A stretch of DNA of 64,000 nucleotides from Octopus sinensis (lineage: Eukaryota). Positions 40,594 through 55,699 of this stretch are shown here, piece by piece; the stretch's first letter is position 1, and every line of letters begins with the position of its first letter. The stretch lies in NCBI RefSeq assembly GCF_006345805.1, contig NC_043004.1:21328001-21392000 (forward strand). The letters run 5' to 3'. A program made the position numbers and the translations under genes. The notes beneath the pieces were generated by a model. It did no database searches, was not told the origin of the DNA, and was given only the letters and a program-made list of their open reading frames with translations.

Positions 40594-43384
40594 TGTATGT
40601 ATGCATGTGTGTGTATGTATGCATGTGTGTGTATGTATATATGTGTGTGTATGTATTCATGTGTGTGTATGTATACATGTGTGTGTATGTATATGTAGAT
40701 ATGTATGTATGTGTGTGCATCTGTATGCATGCATTTTGCATATTCATGTGCTTGCATGTCTGTGTTTGTATATTTTTTATGTATGTGTGTGAGCGCCTGT
40801 TTGTATATGTATGCACCTCTGCCTCCTTGTGTATGTGTGTGTGTTTTGCAACTATATACCATGTTTGTATGTACGGATTTGCATCTCTATATGTGTGGAT
40901 CCATGTCTCCATATGTGTCCTTGTGTGGAGTAAAGTGTGTGTGTATATGTGGTCATGTGTTTCAGATTCCATTTGCGTATGTGTGCTTGTCTGCTCTTAT
41001 AACCTATGTACCTATCCGTCTGTATGTTGATCTGTTTATTTTCATATCCATATGCTTACATACATGTGCATACACACACACACCCCTACACACACATACA
41101 TCTATCTACATAACAGCCCACTAACTATTCTACTCTACCTGTGTAAACAGTTGGTATCGAACTTAAACCTATGGCCTATTTCCAGTTAGCCTGAATTAAA
41201 TATTATCCTTAGGATACTATACAACACAATTACCCATTTTTCTTTAAAAATCAGATGTTACTTTTACAAGATAATATTTTATTTTATCAACTCCAAAGAG
41301 ATGAAAGCCACAGTTCACCCTTACAAGACTTAATTGCTGAACATAAAGAGCTAGAGTCAATAATGGAAATTATATTGTCTGATGTTCTAATGATTCTGCT
41401 GATCATTAAGTTATTTATAATTCATACTGAATTTAACAATTAAGCACAATTTAAGAGCTTGATAAATCATCAAAAATTAGTAAACAAGGGCGCTAGATCA
41501 GCAGAATTGTTACAGCATTGAACAAAATGTTTTCCTTAGTTTAACTGGAGCTCTCTGCATTTTGAATTTAAATTCTGCCAAAGTCAACTTTGCTTTCCTC
41601 TTTGTTTTATCCTAACTGGATCAGTAAATTAATGAACCACTTATATGCAGTAACCGGTGCCAAACCTATACCTATATCAAAAATCAATCATTTAAAACTA
41701 TTAATCTCTTTTCACTAATCACATGATATGCTAAGAAACAAAAATTATTTTTACATGTCATTGATTTTCCAGAAAGCTACTTCTTTAACAACTACAATAA
41801 AATGAACAAATTTTAATCAAGAATTGAAATTGCTTTAATAATTTCATTTAACATACAATAAAATATCATTATTCCAATTAAAATGAGAGGCACATTAAAA
41901 AAGGGAGGAATGATTTTTTTTTGCAAGTTTTGGTAATTTCTTCAATGTGTATTTTTTTTTTTTTTGATTGAATTAAATATCTTTGTATTTGTACATTATG
42001 GATAAGGAAACATACGTGTAATTAATTGTCATTTGTTAGTCAGAAAGAAAACTTTAAGTTATCAGAATTAAGAATTTTGTTATCTTCTATTATAGTACAT
42101 GGAAGCTGACTTAAGGGTCAGGAATATGTCACCTTAACAAAGGAACCAACATGATTCAGTCAATTATCAGTTATTAATTCAGAATGAAGTTTTATGCTGG
42201 AACTTAGACATTCCACAAAACCAGGTGTTACTTCGTAAATCAGAATCCACATTCCTTTAGGTTCTTATCCTTTTTCTTCTTTTACCCTCTGTTCTTAAGA
42301 CATCTTTCATAATTAATAAATTATTAAGAATATAGAACTCATTTTTAAAAAAGTACACTAATTGGAATTCACAAAGACAGAAGTGCACTCAAATATGAAT
42401 GCACAAAGTGCATTCAGATAGAAAGTGAATATTAAAAGGATGATAATCCTTATGATTATGAAAGTGCATTCAAATTTATATTTCATTCATATTTGATTAG
42501 ATTTGTATTCATATTGAAATGTAATTGGATACTGTAGGCTATATGGTTATTAAGGAAATCTTAATGACCATCTAGGTTGTGATATTGTTTGGCAAGTACT
42601 TGATCACAATGCCCTACAGCATAAGTGAAATAATAATCATCAAAATAACAAACAAGTAGGTTCATTCCCATCGTATGTGCAAATTTTTCTTAACTTTACA
42701 GTCACAAATTTCCATTTTTTTAGCAACTTTTATCAAAATGTGTGCACATGTAAGCACCCATATATGTTTCTCTGTGTACCAGTTCTAACAATGTGAATAT
42801 AACTGTTGGTTCATAAGAGCAAGAGAGTTATCTGTGTTTGTGTGTATATCTAATTCATTGGTGCATCTGTGTGATTTCTGCTAATATATATGTAAATATT
42901 TTTGAGATTTACAGTCTGTGTATGTTTCTCCATTTCTCTCTCTCTCTCTCTCTCCTTTTCTGTATACATATGTACATATACAAAAAGACAAATATGCATA
43001 TAAATTTCACAGACACACAGACACACACACACACAACACAAAATTACAGGAACAGATTAATGTACTGTAAAACAGCTACATTTTATATCTAACTGGATAA
43101 AACTATCTTATGAGATAAAAATTACCTCTTAGTGCTCAACATTGAATTGACTTCATTGGGACACACACACACATACAAACACACACACACACACGCACAT
43201 GCACACAAATTTTCTCAAGTACATTATCAGAAAAAATCATGGAAGTGGCATTCATTTGTTGTAAATATGAGAATGATATTGTAACAGATTTTGTATGATC
43301 GTGTAACCAAATTGCTAGATTTTACTTTGTTTAATTGTTAACTCCAGATCACTATCATATTTCACTTCACTTGGGATACGCTTT

Positions 43385-43625
43385 ACTCTTTACTCTTTTA
43401 CTTGTTTCAGTCATTTGACTGTGGCCATGCTGGAGCACCACCTTTACTTGAGCAAATCGACCCCAGGACTTATTCTTTGGAAGCCTAGTACTTATTCTAT
43501 CGGTCCATTTTACCAAACTGCTAAGTTACAGGGACATAAACACACCACCATCTGTTGTCAAGTGATGTTGGGAGGACAAACACAGACACACAATCACAGA
43601 CGCACAAACATATACACACATACAT

Positions 43626-43719
<94 letters not shown>

Positions 43720-43990
43720 CGTAAAAGACACCATTCGGGCATGATCGTTACCAGCATCGCCTTATTGGCACCTGTGCCGATGGCATGTGTAAAAGATTCA
43801 AGCAAGATCGTTGCCAGTATAGCCTGACTGGCCCCGTGCAGGTGGCACATAAAAGCACCCACTACACTCTTGGAGTGGTTGGCCCGAGGCTATAGTAGAA
43901 GATACTTACCCAAGGTGCCACGCAGTGGGAGTGAACCTAGAACCATGTGGCTATTAAGCTAGCTACTTAACCACACAGCCACTCCTGTGC
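43385..43990 (-). mobile_element. SINE family B with expanded (TA)n and an embedded RTE-tail segment (about 43715-43882, + strand)
   Basis: SINE tail and body, then (TA)n, then ggcacgtaaaag...ggagtggttggc, then a direct switch to ccgaggctatagtagaag of SINE B. Confidence 0.75.
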
Positions 43991-45051
43991 CTATATATAT
44001 TTGCTGCTAATAAAACCTCCTTAGTTAACCTTTTAGCTTCTTTCCTTTGTGAATTTCAACGTAGGATGATGGAGATTTTGTCAAGCAATGTTTTTAACTA
44101 TCTACTATCTCATTTTATTTGCATACATATATTATCTTAGCCATGTCGCCATAGAAGAATTGCTGAGGATTATAATGTTGTTGCTGTTATTAGTAATAAA
44201 AATGATGCTGTGTATGTGTATGAAAGTCTTATATATTCATATATCTATGTTATACATGCATCTGAAGTGGACACATGTATGGTTGCATCAATGTGCTTAA
44301 ATCCAGAATGTTAGCAAAAAATACTAGTAATACTGCATATAGGAAATGGAGCGTTTCTTTTTATCTTGATTAAGCCACGAAAATAGAAAGCAAAAAATAG
44401 TATTACACATGAAAAAATATACAAAAGAAAATTAATTTTCTCTTGCAATATCAGCTATTCCAAAAGTTAAAGAATCAATGCAGTCCTTATATTTGCAAAG
44501 ACAACTATTGCCAATAACTAATAATGTTGCTGGCTACCTATTTAGAAACTTCTTTTATATTGCAACATAAGGGAAATTCAGAGCTTTGTTTAAGAACTAT
44601 TTTCTGAACATCTCTGCTATTGGCTAGCTGCCTCAACAGTTCAAATATACAGTGTCATTATAAATGAAGTCTTTGTTCTGCTTCAAATTAAGCATTTTTC
44701 TAACATTAGCACTACATATGAGAGAATTCTTCATGTAAAAGCCTGTAGCATCTATCTTACTCAAACAACAGCATCAAAAAACAAAAGAATGAAAAATATT
44801 TCAACTAACTTTTTTCACAAATTCCATCTAAAGTTACGCAAACTTAAAAATGCATGAAGATTATATAAGGACTCTGTCTTAGATTAATAATGGGTATAAG
44901 TTTATTAATCTCTGAAAGAGACAGGGAAGCTTGAAAGTGTGCTTCTAGCTTCTTTGGTCTTCTTGGACTACAAAGTTGGGATGAACCAAGCAAAATCTGA
45001 CAGGAAATCCTCTAGTATAGAATCAGAGCAGGAGCTTGGATAAAGAACTCA

Positions 45052-45190
45052 TCATCATCATTTAACGTCCGCCTTCCATGTTAGCATGGGTAGGACGATT
45101 TGACTGAGGACTGGTGAACCAGATGGTTGCGCCAGGCCCCTATCTGATCTGGCAGAGTTTCTACAGCTGGATGCCCTTCCTAATACCTTA
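45052..45190 (-). mobile_element. Short RTE 3' tail
   Basis: catcatcatttaacgtccg...ctggatgcccttcctaa. Confidence 0.8.
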
Positions 45191-45876
45191 ATTTGAATTC
45201 TGGAGATGGGAAACAGTGGAGAAGAGGCAGGCAACAAAAAGTGAGGTATGTTTGAGAATGTTGTTGTTGTTGTTTAGCACCATCCCAAATGAGTAAATCT
45301 ATGACCAAAAATATTCCATTAGGGACCATTTTGTCTTTTGGTATACCTAAAAGTATATGTCCTCCCTTTTTCAAGATGACGGTGATGACTTAAAAATTCT
45401 TTCCCCATTTTATCGATATATGAAGACATTACTTGTCTTTTCAAGCCAATTTTTTTGTCTGAAACAAAAAAAAAGAAAGACCTCATTCTATGTATAGCCC
45501 CTTATGGGTAATAAAAAATCAGTCCTTCCTTTTTGAAGATGGTTGAACATGATTTAAGGGAATTTAGTTGCTATTCTAGCAGTTAGAGTGACCATTTAAA
45601 GATGCTCTCTTTGGTTATGATTTGTGAGCATTAGAATCGATGAATTCAAGGGAGAAGAAAATCTTTGACTTTCCCTTTCTGCCATCAGAGCAATAACCCA
45701 CCTCTGGTGGCATCCTTAGCAAGTCATGTATGTATTTATTATGAAATATTCATTGAGAAATATATAAGTATTTCCTGTTACATTTGTTTATGAATTTTTA
45801 TAGGACACCTTATAGCTCTCCCTACCTATCTGTATGTGTGTGTGTGCATGGTGTGTGTGTGTGTATGTGTTTGTGC

Positions 45877-45913
<37 letters not shown>

Positions 45914-46359
45914 CAAGAGAGCCCATGAGAGAGAAAAGGCTGAATCACTCCAAGTACTTCATTTGTAGTTTATTTATCAACCCTATAATGATAAAAACTA
46001 AAGTGTACTTCATTGGGATTTAATTGAGACTTCTGAAAGCTGGAAGAAATAGTGTGAAGCATTTTATCTGGTAAATCTGCCCCCTTGAAACTGTTCTAGA
46101 AAAAGCAAAAACAGAAAATGATTTTTCTCAATTTTATCACATCTGTAGCATTGTTTCTCTCATTCCTTTCTTCTCTATCTCAATATAAACTCTGTCACTT
46201 TGTTTTCCTGGTCTTATTTTTTATTCTTCCTTTCCTTCTAGTACATCATCTGCAAATGCTCTCTCTCACCCCTACCTCTGGACAAACAGAGTCAACATGG
46301 AACAGGCAATCTCTTGTTGGTACCACAATAAAATGCATCAGCTATTTCCTGTAAATTAT

Positions 46360-46600
46360 CATCATGATCATCAACATTTGACTTCTGTTTTCTATGCTAG
46401 CATGGGTTGGATGGCATGGCAGGAACTGTCAAGGCTAGGGGCCACAGCAGGTCCCATTGTCTGTTATAGCTCAGTTTTTATGGCTGGATGCCCTTCACAA
46501 CGTCAACCACTCTACAGAGTGTGCTAGGTGTTTTTTACATGGCGGTGGTTTTCATGTGGCACCAGTACTTTTTAAATGGAACCAGCACCCATGCTTTTTA
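46360..46600 (-). mobile_element. Degenerate RTE 3' tail
   Basis: ctatgctagcatggg...ggctggatgcccttc. Confidence 0.7.
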
Positions 46601-47174
46601 CCTGACACTTTGGGTTTTAAGATCTGAATTCTATCGTGGTGGATTGGTCTTCTCAAGTGCAGCAATGCATTACGTATTTTGGTCTTCTGTCATTTTACTT
46701 TAGCAAACAAGCAAGTGACATATCAATGCAGTTTGCACAATATCAGCTTTCTTAATAATTAGTGGTAGCATTGCTAGTATTACTGATTCTGTTGTTTAAC
46801 TCCAGATCACTGCTGATCCAAAAAGACATATGATTAAGTGTGCTCTAGCTGTGATCATCTTGTTCCTTTTATCAATTCTTTGCATCTATGACTACCTTGT
46901 CTAATATGTCCTACTATGAGTTGGTAAAATGTGATTTGAAGGAAATATAATTTTTATTTCAAGAAAGTCAAACCACCAGCTAGTGGCTCCCTCATCTCAT
47001 AATTGTTATTGCTGAAGACTGTGGTTTGTAGAAACAATAGGAGAGCAATCTAAGTGAAGAATGTTTAGTTTTACCCCACAGAAATAATTCCTTGTATTAA
47101 TTATTCACAGGAGGAGGTATAATTCCTTGGCCTTTGTAGGTCATCCGACATTGGTAATCCCAATATTACAGATG

Positions 47175-47400
47175 TTTTAAGGTGGTAGTCTGGCAGAATC
47201 ATTACCATGCCAGGCTAAATGCTTAGTGGTATTTCATCTATCTTTAAGTTCTGAGTTCAAATTCTGCTGACGCCGACTTTGCCTTCCATCATTTCTGGGT
47301 TAATAAAAACTAAATAACAGTTGAGCATTGGGGTTGATGTAATCAACTAACCTCATCCCATGAAATTGCTGGCCTTGTGCCAACATTTGAAACCAATATT
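47175..47400 (+). mobile_element. SINE family A (degenerate)
   Basis: tggcagaatc...ctgagttcaaattc...gactttgccttccatc. Confidence 0.75.
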
Positions 47401-49382
47401 ACTGATGTTCATATGAAAATATGCATGGTGTGAGAATTCTAGTGAGAAGCAGTCTAAGAAAAAACAGTTAAGAAATGTGTTTAATCTCAAATTGTCACTA
47501 TCTTTTTTTCATTTTGTGTTGATTAACTTTAATATCACTCCATTCATGTCTTAATTAAGTTAGAAAAGTACTAATTGTTTTGCCAGAATAATATAATTGA
47601 CTGAATGAACTCCACTTTATTAAAATTGCTGATTTTATTGACACTAGCCAGAAAAATAAAGTTTCACCAAGTATAATTTTGAAAAAATGACAGTTATAAA
47701 TATCGCAATAAATATAGTTTAGTGTTCTACTAAATATAGAAATTAGAGTAATAGGTTTTTGTATTGGTGTTGTTTAATAAAAATGGAGTTGTGTGACAAT
47801 AAAGCAAATTATACTTTTGTGAATTTCAATTAGAGCAGAAAAAATATCAGGAGAAACGTTAGTGTCTAATTTACAAGGATAGGGTGTGATTTAAAAATAA
47901 TAAAATTGCTGCCATTGTTGTTGTTATTGTTGTTGTGGTGGTGGTGAGGTGGAGGAGAAGGAAGAGAGGAGGAGGAGACTCTGATTAGCCCTGATCAAGC
48001 AGTTATGATGAAAAGCATTCTAGTCAATGGTTACCCATCTTTTTTAAAGAGAAACTGCATTGTCCAGTGATATCCCCTTTCAACATAGAAGAGAGTGATT
48101 TGAAGGAGATTTGACTTATTTCTAGTAGGTTGCATAACCATGTAGAAGCTATCTGAGATTAGTGATATGCATTGAAGTCAGCTGACATGGCGAAAGAATG
48201 GTCAAGTAACAATACAGCCAACTCTCTTTCCTTCACACACACACACGCTAGTATTTTATTGCTTCAGAGTAATAGTTGGTAGAAAAGGCAGTTTCATGTG
48301 TGAGTTATGAAAGGAGGGTGTGAAAGGTAATAAATTGTGGTAGTGTTTTAGTTGCATAAGAGAGATACTTACATAAAATCCCTTATCATACCATGTAGAG
48401 GATTCTATTTAAAAAAACAACAACTTTGCTTTGTATTAAGATATCATGAAAATCTAGAGCAAAGCACCATGATGGCAATAATTTCACCAGGATGAAAGAT
48501 CATGCCTCTTACAGATAGAAAACTCTAAAGTGCCAACTTAAGTGTCTCTCCTGAAATATTGAAAGGAAATGTTTCAATGTTGAAAATGCTAGTTTGACAA
48601 TACCAGAACTTTTCAGGACACTGCAATATTGTGAGAAGTCTCAAGGTGGATAAAACTCAATATAATGGCTGTCTTTCCTAATTCAATAAATCTGCTTGCA
48701 TCAACAACATTTGGACGTAAAGGAAACTGAAGATGTCAACTACGACATTGACATCTGTAGCCAGAGACATGTAGGAACCAGGAAAGATATTTAACAAATC
48801 CTACATTTGCTGGAATGCAGAATACAAGAAACTGTTAACAAACAATAAATAACTTTGCTTTTAACAAGGGTGTGCTAAGATGTAATGTAAAGTAAACATT
48901 TGAATATTCTGCAAGTGATCAAAATACTGCCAAGAAGTCTCAGTCAAATATATTTATAATGTGAAGGAAAAATCATTTGTCATCATTAAATTCAGGTCAG
49001 TAGAAATGGAATGATTTTGGTTTGTTGTCTGGGGTAGTGTATCTCAAAATAAGTTCCAAGGAACTCCCAGATCTTGAGAAAATATTGTGGGTTCTGTATA
49101 AAGTGTACTTTAATTAAATTTAATAAAAATTTAGTTTACAAACAAATGATATTGATCGATATTAAAATAATAACTTATATACCACCAACCACCACCTAAT
49201 ATTTGTTTTCCATGCTGGAATGGGTTGGATAGTTTGAGAGGATCCAACTAACCACAGGGCTGCATCAAGCTCTGGTGCCAACTTTGGCAGGTTTTTTGTT
49301 ATGGCTGGATGTCCTTTCCAAGTGCTAACATTCAAAAAACTAAAATGATGCAAAATGCATTGTGATCAGCAGTGTATTGATG

Positions 49383-49870
49383 TATTGGGTCATCCCATAA
49401 ATAATGCAGTTTTTTTCGATTGCATGAACTAAAAGTTGGAAGAGGATGAGATAAACTACCTGAATCAACTTGCTATAAAAGCAAGTAGTAATTTTACCTT
49501 GTGCTTATTTGTAGTGCAAGTTTTGAAGAGTGCAGTTCAATTTTAACAGTTATTTTCTCACAGTTATAGTGGAAGTGACAAAGGAATGTGTTTGGCATAT
49601 TTTGCGTTATGAATTCAATAAAAACAACAAGGCAACAGAAAGTACGAGTAATATTAATGCAGTATATGGGGATTGGACAATAAGCTTAAGCCAGTGTCAA
49701 TGGTGGTTCCAGAAATTTCGAGCCAGAAACTACAGCCTAGAAGATGAGCCTCATCCTGGAAGATCTGCAAAACCTGGTGGAACAAAATCCTATTGTAACT
49801 GTCAAGGAACAAGCAGAGAAGCTTGGATTTGGACATTCAACCATTCATATTTATAGGATGACCCAATGTA
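49383..49870 (+). mobile_element. Internally deleted mariner (N-terminal HTH only)
   Basis: TIRs tattgggtcatcccataaata / tatttataggatgacccaatg; ORF HILRYEFNK..WWFQKFRARNYSLEDEPHPGRS. Confidence 0.85.
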
Positions 49871-50629
49871 ACAACATCTGATAATCTGGTCAATCATGTG
49901 ATATACATATACATATATATATATCATCATCATCATCATTTAAAGTCCATTGTCCATGCTGGCAAGGGTTGAATGAACAGTGTAACCAGAGCTGGTAAGC
50001 TGAGGGGCTGCACTAGACTCCAGTCTGATTTGGCTTGGTTTCTATGGCTGGATACCCTTCTTAATACCCTAGGATATATATATATATAGGTTAAGTTTCC
50101 ACCATAGCTACATGGACGTTATTGTAGCTATGTTATTGGGTCCAAAATTAGATGTCTTCTCTGATTCCCTATCTGCATAGTAGTGTTACCATTTCAGCAA
50201 TAACCTCGAATTTCTATGTTATTTTTCTTCTTATTTCATCTAGTGTTTACTGTTTCTGGACCAGCTATGTTATGAAATGTAATGGCTGTCTCCCTTCCCT
50301 CATCCACTTACCTTCTGGTATGTGTTACCCTGTAGTTGACTATAAGTGTTTTATTCAAAATCTCACTTAGTTGGCTATCTACCTTTTCCGCTTTATGTGT
50401 ATTATCATTATGTGTATTATTACTACTATTATTTCTGTTAACTACTTTACAGTGGTTTATTTTGTTCTGGAATTCAGATAGTCTCCTATTGTTAAGTGCC
50501 ACTATAATTTGCGAAAAGCTTTTGCTGTTGGAGAATGCTAATCTAATGGTGTGCAGGTTAAAAATTCTATGTTATTTGCTTGACTTCAGAAAATACCTAT
50601 CTATAGCGACGGAAATTTAATGGACTTTT

Positions 50630-51058
50630 GTTTTCAAGCAAGATGACTGAATACATCGAGCAGAGACCATAAACCCATGTCTCATTACCATTGATGATGG
50701 TCTCCATAAAACCTGAGTCATGGTTTGCACAGTCCAGCACATCCTGAGTGATTTCCATGTGAGAAAATCTGCATGGAAACCACTCAGTACATGCTGGACT
50801 GGCAATGAGATATGAGTTTATAGTCTCTGCTTGTTGTGTACGGTCATCTTACATGAAAATAAAAGTCCAACGAGTGCACACTACATGTCTATACTCTAGG
50901 CATAACAACCAGGAACGGATTAGCCTACCAACATGCAAATTTTCACACATGTGCAGGATGGGTGGCATCACCACCCATGCAAAGGATTTTGCCTAAGCGG
51001 CATTAGTTTTGGGGTGGGGAATAAAAGTCAGACACCTTTTCAATGCACCTCGAATATA
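50630..51058. mobile_element. Rearranged mariner-like relic
   Basis: MTEYIEQR start on +; FMETIINGNETWVYG on -; TIR-like end ...tcaatgcacctcg. Left end not found. Confidence 0.4.
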
Positions 51059-51065
51059 TGTGTGT

Positions 51066-51312
51066 CATCATCATCATCGTTTAGCGTCCGTTTTCCATGC
51101 TAGCATGGGTTAGATGGTTCAACTGGGGTCTGGGAAGCCAGAAGGCTGCACCAGGTCCAGTCTGATCTGGCAATGTTTCTACGGCTGGATGCCCTTCCTA
51201 ACGCCAACCACTCTGTGAGTGTGGTGGGTGCTTTTATGTGCCACCGGCACAGGTACCAGACGAGGCTGGCAAACGGCCATGATCGGATGGTGCTTCTACT
51301 TACCACCGGCAC
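51066..51312 (-). mobile_element. RTE 3' tail
   Basis: Reverse complement of the 4012-4362 family. Confidence 0.85.
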
Positions 51313-52309
51313 GTGTGTTTGTATATATATTTACTGAATATATTCCCTCTCTCAAACAAAATTTCATTGAATATAGTTTTAAAATTAGGATGGTAAAGTG
51401 ATGGTAAAATATAGGAATAGCTTCTCTGATTAATTTTTTTCAAAGTCATATGAAAGTTCCCAGAATAAATGTGCAATAATCTGCTGGTCTAAAGTATGAA
51501 CCTAATCTCTTGCCAGATAGACAATTCAGGACATAGAAAAGGTTTCTTTCACTGGAAAAAATGATGGTAAGCTGTATTAGCACCATATATAAAAGTTGTT
51601 GATAAATACATAATGAAAAGCGGGTAGAAAATAGCAGGAGGGAGATTTATCTACTATTTCTTATAATCTGATTAACTTCATACTATAAATTGACACTGCA
51701 AATTTATACATGGAAACTTCTTCCAGCTCTGAGATACAGCTGAATGCTGCACAAAAAGCTTTTCTCATTACTAATAATTTATTTTATTCTGCAACAAGTT
51801 AAGGCAACAACAAATATGGAAGAAAAAATTTGCATTAGAATTATTCAAATATTTTTTCTGGTTTAAGGCTGTAAATGAATTGAAGAAAAACCCACACTCA
51901 TCTTTATACATTCGTTATCGTTGTATTGTTAACTCCCACTGGTTATGTATGTCATAATGAAGGAACTTCATCCATATTTAGTAGACAGAATGCTTTCATG
52001 AGGTAATTTTCTTATTCCCTCCATTTCTTAGTTTTTCATTCATTTTTCCATTCTTGCATGAGTTTGATGAATATGTTATTGAGAAACTGGTTTACAACCA
52101 TATGCTCTTTAGGTAAGGGATCTTTTATTCCAAATGGTTTTGGAGATATGAAGCAAGGGAATGATTTGTTGACAGAACTGGCAACAGAAACACTGGCTGA
52201 ACATCACAGCTTTTTGTAGATGCACAAACACATACCCAAACACATATAATTACATATATACATACATGCATTGATGCATGTATGTATGTATATATGACTA
52301 GGTTTTAAT

Positions 52310-52560
52310 CCCAAAGATTAACCCTTTTCTTGAAAGCCAGAAGAAATTTTATCCCCAAACATTTACTGACTCTCTTTAAGAAACAATTGAATCCAACACT
52401 GGAGTGCTGTTCCCATGTCAGGAATAATTCTGCTGCAGCTGCTTCCCTAACAGACATTCTGAACCACATCCAGAGGAGGACTACTTGACTGATTGTTATT
52501 AAATCACTAACAGACATTCACCAACCTTAGACTCAAAACCATGCTCTTACCTTAATCCCA
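52310..52560 (+). mobile_element. CR1/L2-group LINE fragment (RT C-terminus)
   Basis: KHLLTLFKKQLNPTLECCSHV..LNHIQRRTT resembles LLTLYKAQIRPxLEYCSHIW..IQxRA. Confidence 0.55.
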
Positions 52561-52959
52561 CAGCCATGCTATCTTTACTGTCTTTTCAATCACAACAATA
52601 ATGGAGTTGGCTTGACCTTATATTTCCTTCTCTCAGGTACTTTTAACTTGTTTATCTTTGCACCACTTACCACCCTTGTTGTATCCAACTCTACCAACCC
52701 AGCTCTTGCCTCTATATCCATCCCTTTCTTGCGAAAACATCAACCCTTTGGAATCTTCTCTTTATTCATGCATTTCTCTGCTTATATTGACCCACAGCAG
52801 TTTGTTTGGAACATTAATAGTAAATCAGCCTCATCAATCTCCAAGGGCCTGCAAAAATCATCGAAACTGCCATCCCTCCACTAAAAATTTATCAAGTAAA
52901 AAAAAAATGTTTTCTATTTTAATGCATAATGCATAATTTTAATGCATAATGACTGGCCT

Positions 52960-53270
52960 CCGTGCCGGTGGCACGTAAAAGCACCATCCGTTCGTGTCCG
53001 TTGCCAGCCTCGCCTGGCCCCCGTGCCGGTGGCACGTAAAAGCACCATCCGTTTGTGGCCGTTTGCCAGCACCGTGCGCGTGGCACGTAAAAAGCACCCA
53101 ATACACTCACGGAGTGGTTGGCGTTAGGAAGGGCATCCAGCCGTAGAAACACTGCCAGATCAGACTGGGCCTGATGCAGCCTTCTGGCTTCAAAGACCCC
53201 AGTTGAACCGTCCAAACCATGCTAGCATGGAAAACGGACGCTAAATGATGATGATGATGATGATGATGAA
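52960..53270 (+). mobile_element. RTE 3' tail with subrepeats
   Basis: Near-identical to 4012-4362; ends in (TGA)n. Confidence 0.85.
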
Positions 53271-54554
53271 TGTTTGTGGAATAACAAACTTGATCAACTT
53301 TAGAATTATTTTAGGTTTCTCTTTTAGTTAAACTTTTAATAATTTTCTAATTCATGTAATCAGTTTGGCATAATAGAAGTGATAATTTTCTACAGATATG
53401 CCAGCAGTTCATTTTTAATCTGAGAGAGATATTAGAAAATGACAGTTATCTCAGCAAAGATTTTAAAATATTCATAAAACTTTGTTGTAACTTTAAAATA
53501 AAATCCTTGTTTATACTTTAATTAGCTAAGTATGATGTAAAATTTTGTATTTCCACATTTCATTTAAAGATCAAACAACAAAAAACATCTATTTACAATG
53601 CTCTCATCCATCATATGTCCAATAAAAGCAACCACAAACATTTAAATAATTACTATGTACTTAGCTGCTTAGCTATTGATCAGGCAATAGTATGTAATAC
53701 TTTAACTAATGACTTTTATATCTGTTCCTGTCATTTATTCTTTTGCTGCATCAAACTATAAATTTATGTTAGACAACTTTCTGTTTCTTCGCATATCAAT
53801 GTTTTCTAACACCAAATACAGTGGCAAAATAGTCTCTAATTACATATATCTCAACATATTTCCCTGTCCTCTCATCTGTCTGGCCCAGTTGATGTATTTA
53901 AATGCCACATCAAACCAGCTTGTTATTCAATGACATTTTAGTCTGTAGCTGCAGAAAGCAATCTCTTCAGCTTTCTAAGATACAAATTGTATGATAATGC
54001 TTCGATTATTTACTGATAACATTGCTGTCTTTTTGCTGTTTTAATTAATTGCAGTGCTCAGTAAGAATTAGCAAATAATCTTGGGAGCGGTGATGGAATG
54101 GGAGAGGCTATCTGGGCTCAAACTATCTAAAAATAAACGAAGAATATAATTTCTGTAGTGTGCTGACATAGTATCAACATCAGCATCATCATTTAACAGC
54201 TGTCTTCCATTCTGGAATGGGTTAGACAGTTTGACAGAAGACAGTGGACCCAAGAACTGTAGCATGCTCCAGTGTCTATTATGGCATGGTTTCTGCCACT
54301 GTTCTTAATACCAAATCCATTACAGTGTGTATTGGAGACTTTTTGTGCTATTGGCACTGATGATGTCACCATTCAGCTTGCAAGCCTACAGCTTCTGAGG
54401 AGATGGGGGTGGGTACATCCTTATGTTAGATAGGGGAAAGGATGAAGGTATGAGAGTAGGAGTGGGACAGAGCAGATTCTTGGTGAAGAGCTACTTGGTT
54501 TAGGGGAGGAAGTGAGAATGAATCAGAACTATCCCCAAAGAAATAATAAGTAAC

Positions 54555-54770
54555 CTATTTCTTTATTACCCACAAGGGGCTAAACACAGAGCGGACAAAC
54601 ATAGGTATTGAGGCGATTACATCGACCCCAGTGCGTAACTGGTACTTAATTTATCGACCCCGAAAGGATGAAAGGCAAAGTCGACCTCGGCGGAATTTGA
54701 ACTCAAAACGTAACGCTGACGAAATACTGCTAAGCATTTCGCCCGGCGTGCTAACGTTTCTGCCAGCTCG
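54555..54770 (-). mobile_element. SINE family A (well preserved, CpG-rich)
   Basis: Reverse complement of the 23463-23695 family. Confidence 0.9.
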
Positions 54771-55500
54771 TTTCTGCCAGAAATAATAAGTAACCATGAG
54801 GTGTCACTGTGGCACCTTAAGGTTTTCAAAATAATTTGACAAACTTTAATTGTGTACTGTTCTAATTGTTTGTGTTGTTCACGGTAGGGGTGCTAGTGTT
54901 GTTCTTATCAACAGCAGTGCCATCATTATTGTGATACTTTAGCACCAGCTTAGTTCTAATCCCATTGATGTATGTGAATTAAATATATCAAAAGATGACA
55001 TTGTTGACCCATTTTACGTTATTACTTTATGATCAAAATTACAGTCGTAAGATAATAGATTTTCTTGTCCAAATTATTTTAATACGTAATCAAATTTGAT
55101 GACATTGGATATAACTAATTACATATTTCACCATACAGCAAACGAATTAATTAGTCTTTTATGAAACATCATATTTATGCTTTTCATGTGACAGTGTCTC
55201 ATATAAGGAATAAGAATTGATACGCAATTGTATAGTATTAGTCTTGAGCTATGTTTTTTACAGAAGGATTTTCTATAAACATAATGTAATACATATATGA
55301 CATAATTATGGTGTAATCTATCATTGTTTAATACTAACATGTCGTAATAACTTATGCTATGGTATAAATTTAGTATACATGGGATTTCTTCCTCTCTTTT
55401 CTCTCCTCTCTCTCTCTCTTTCTCTCTCTTATACATACATACATATATGTATATATGGTATAACTTAGCATAATATAAACATGACACAATATAAGCATGG

Positions 55501-55538
<38 letters not shown>

Positions 55539-55699
55539 TAGCATAAACATGAGGTAATGAAAATATCATATCAATAAGGTACAATATATGTTATATAAGC
55601 TTGGTATAATAATGTAAAGATATAAATAAACAAATCACAAATCCCTTCAGATAGATGGCCCTGCTTTATCTGTAGAAAAGGCGTAGATAGAAACTCCCT

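Noticed and set aside
39110-42225. Candidate short AG...GT-bounded exons near 39110-39200 and 42183-42224, and ORF 41255-41443
   Set aside because: Such signals are frequent by chance and the translations match no family I recognise.
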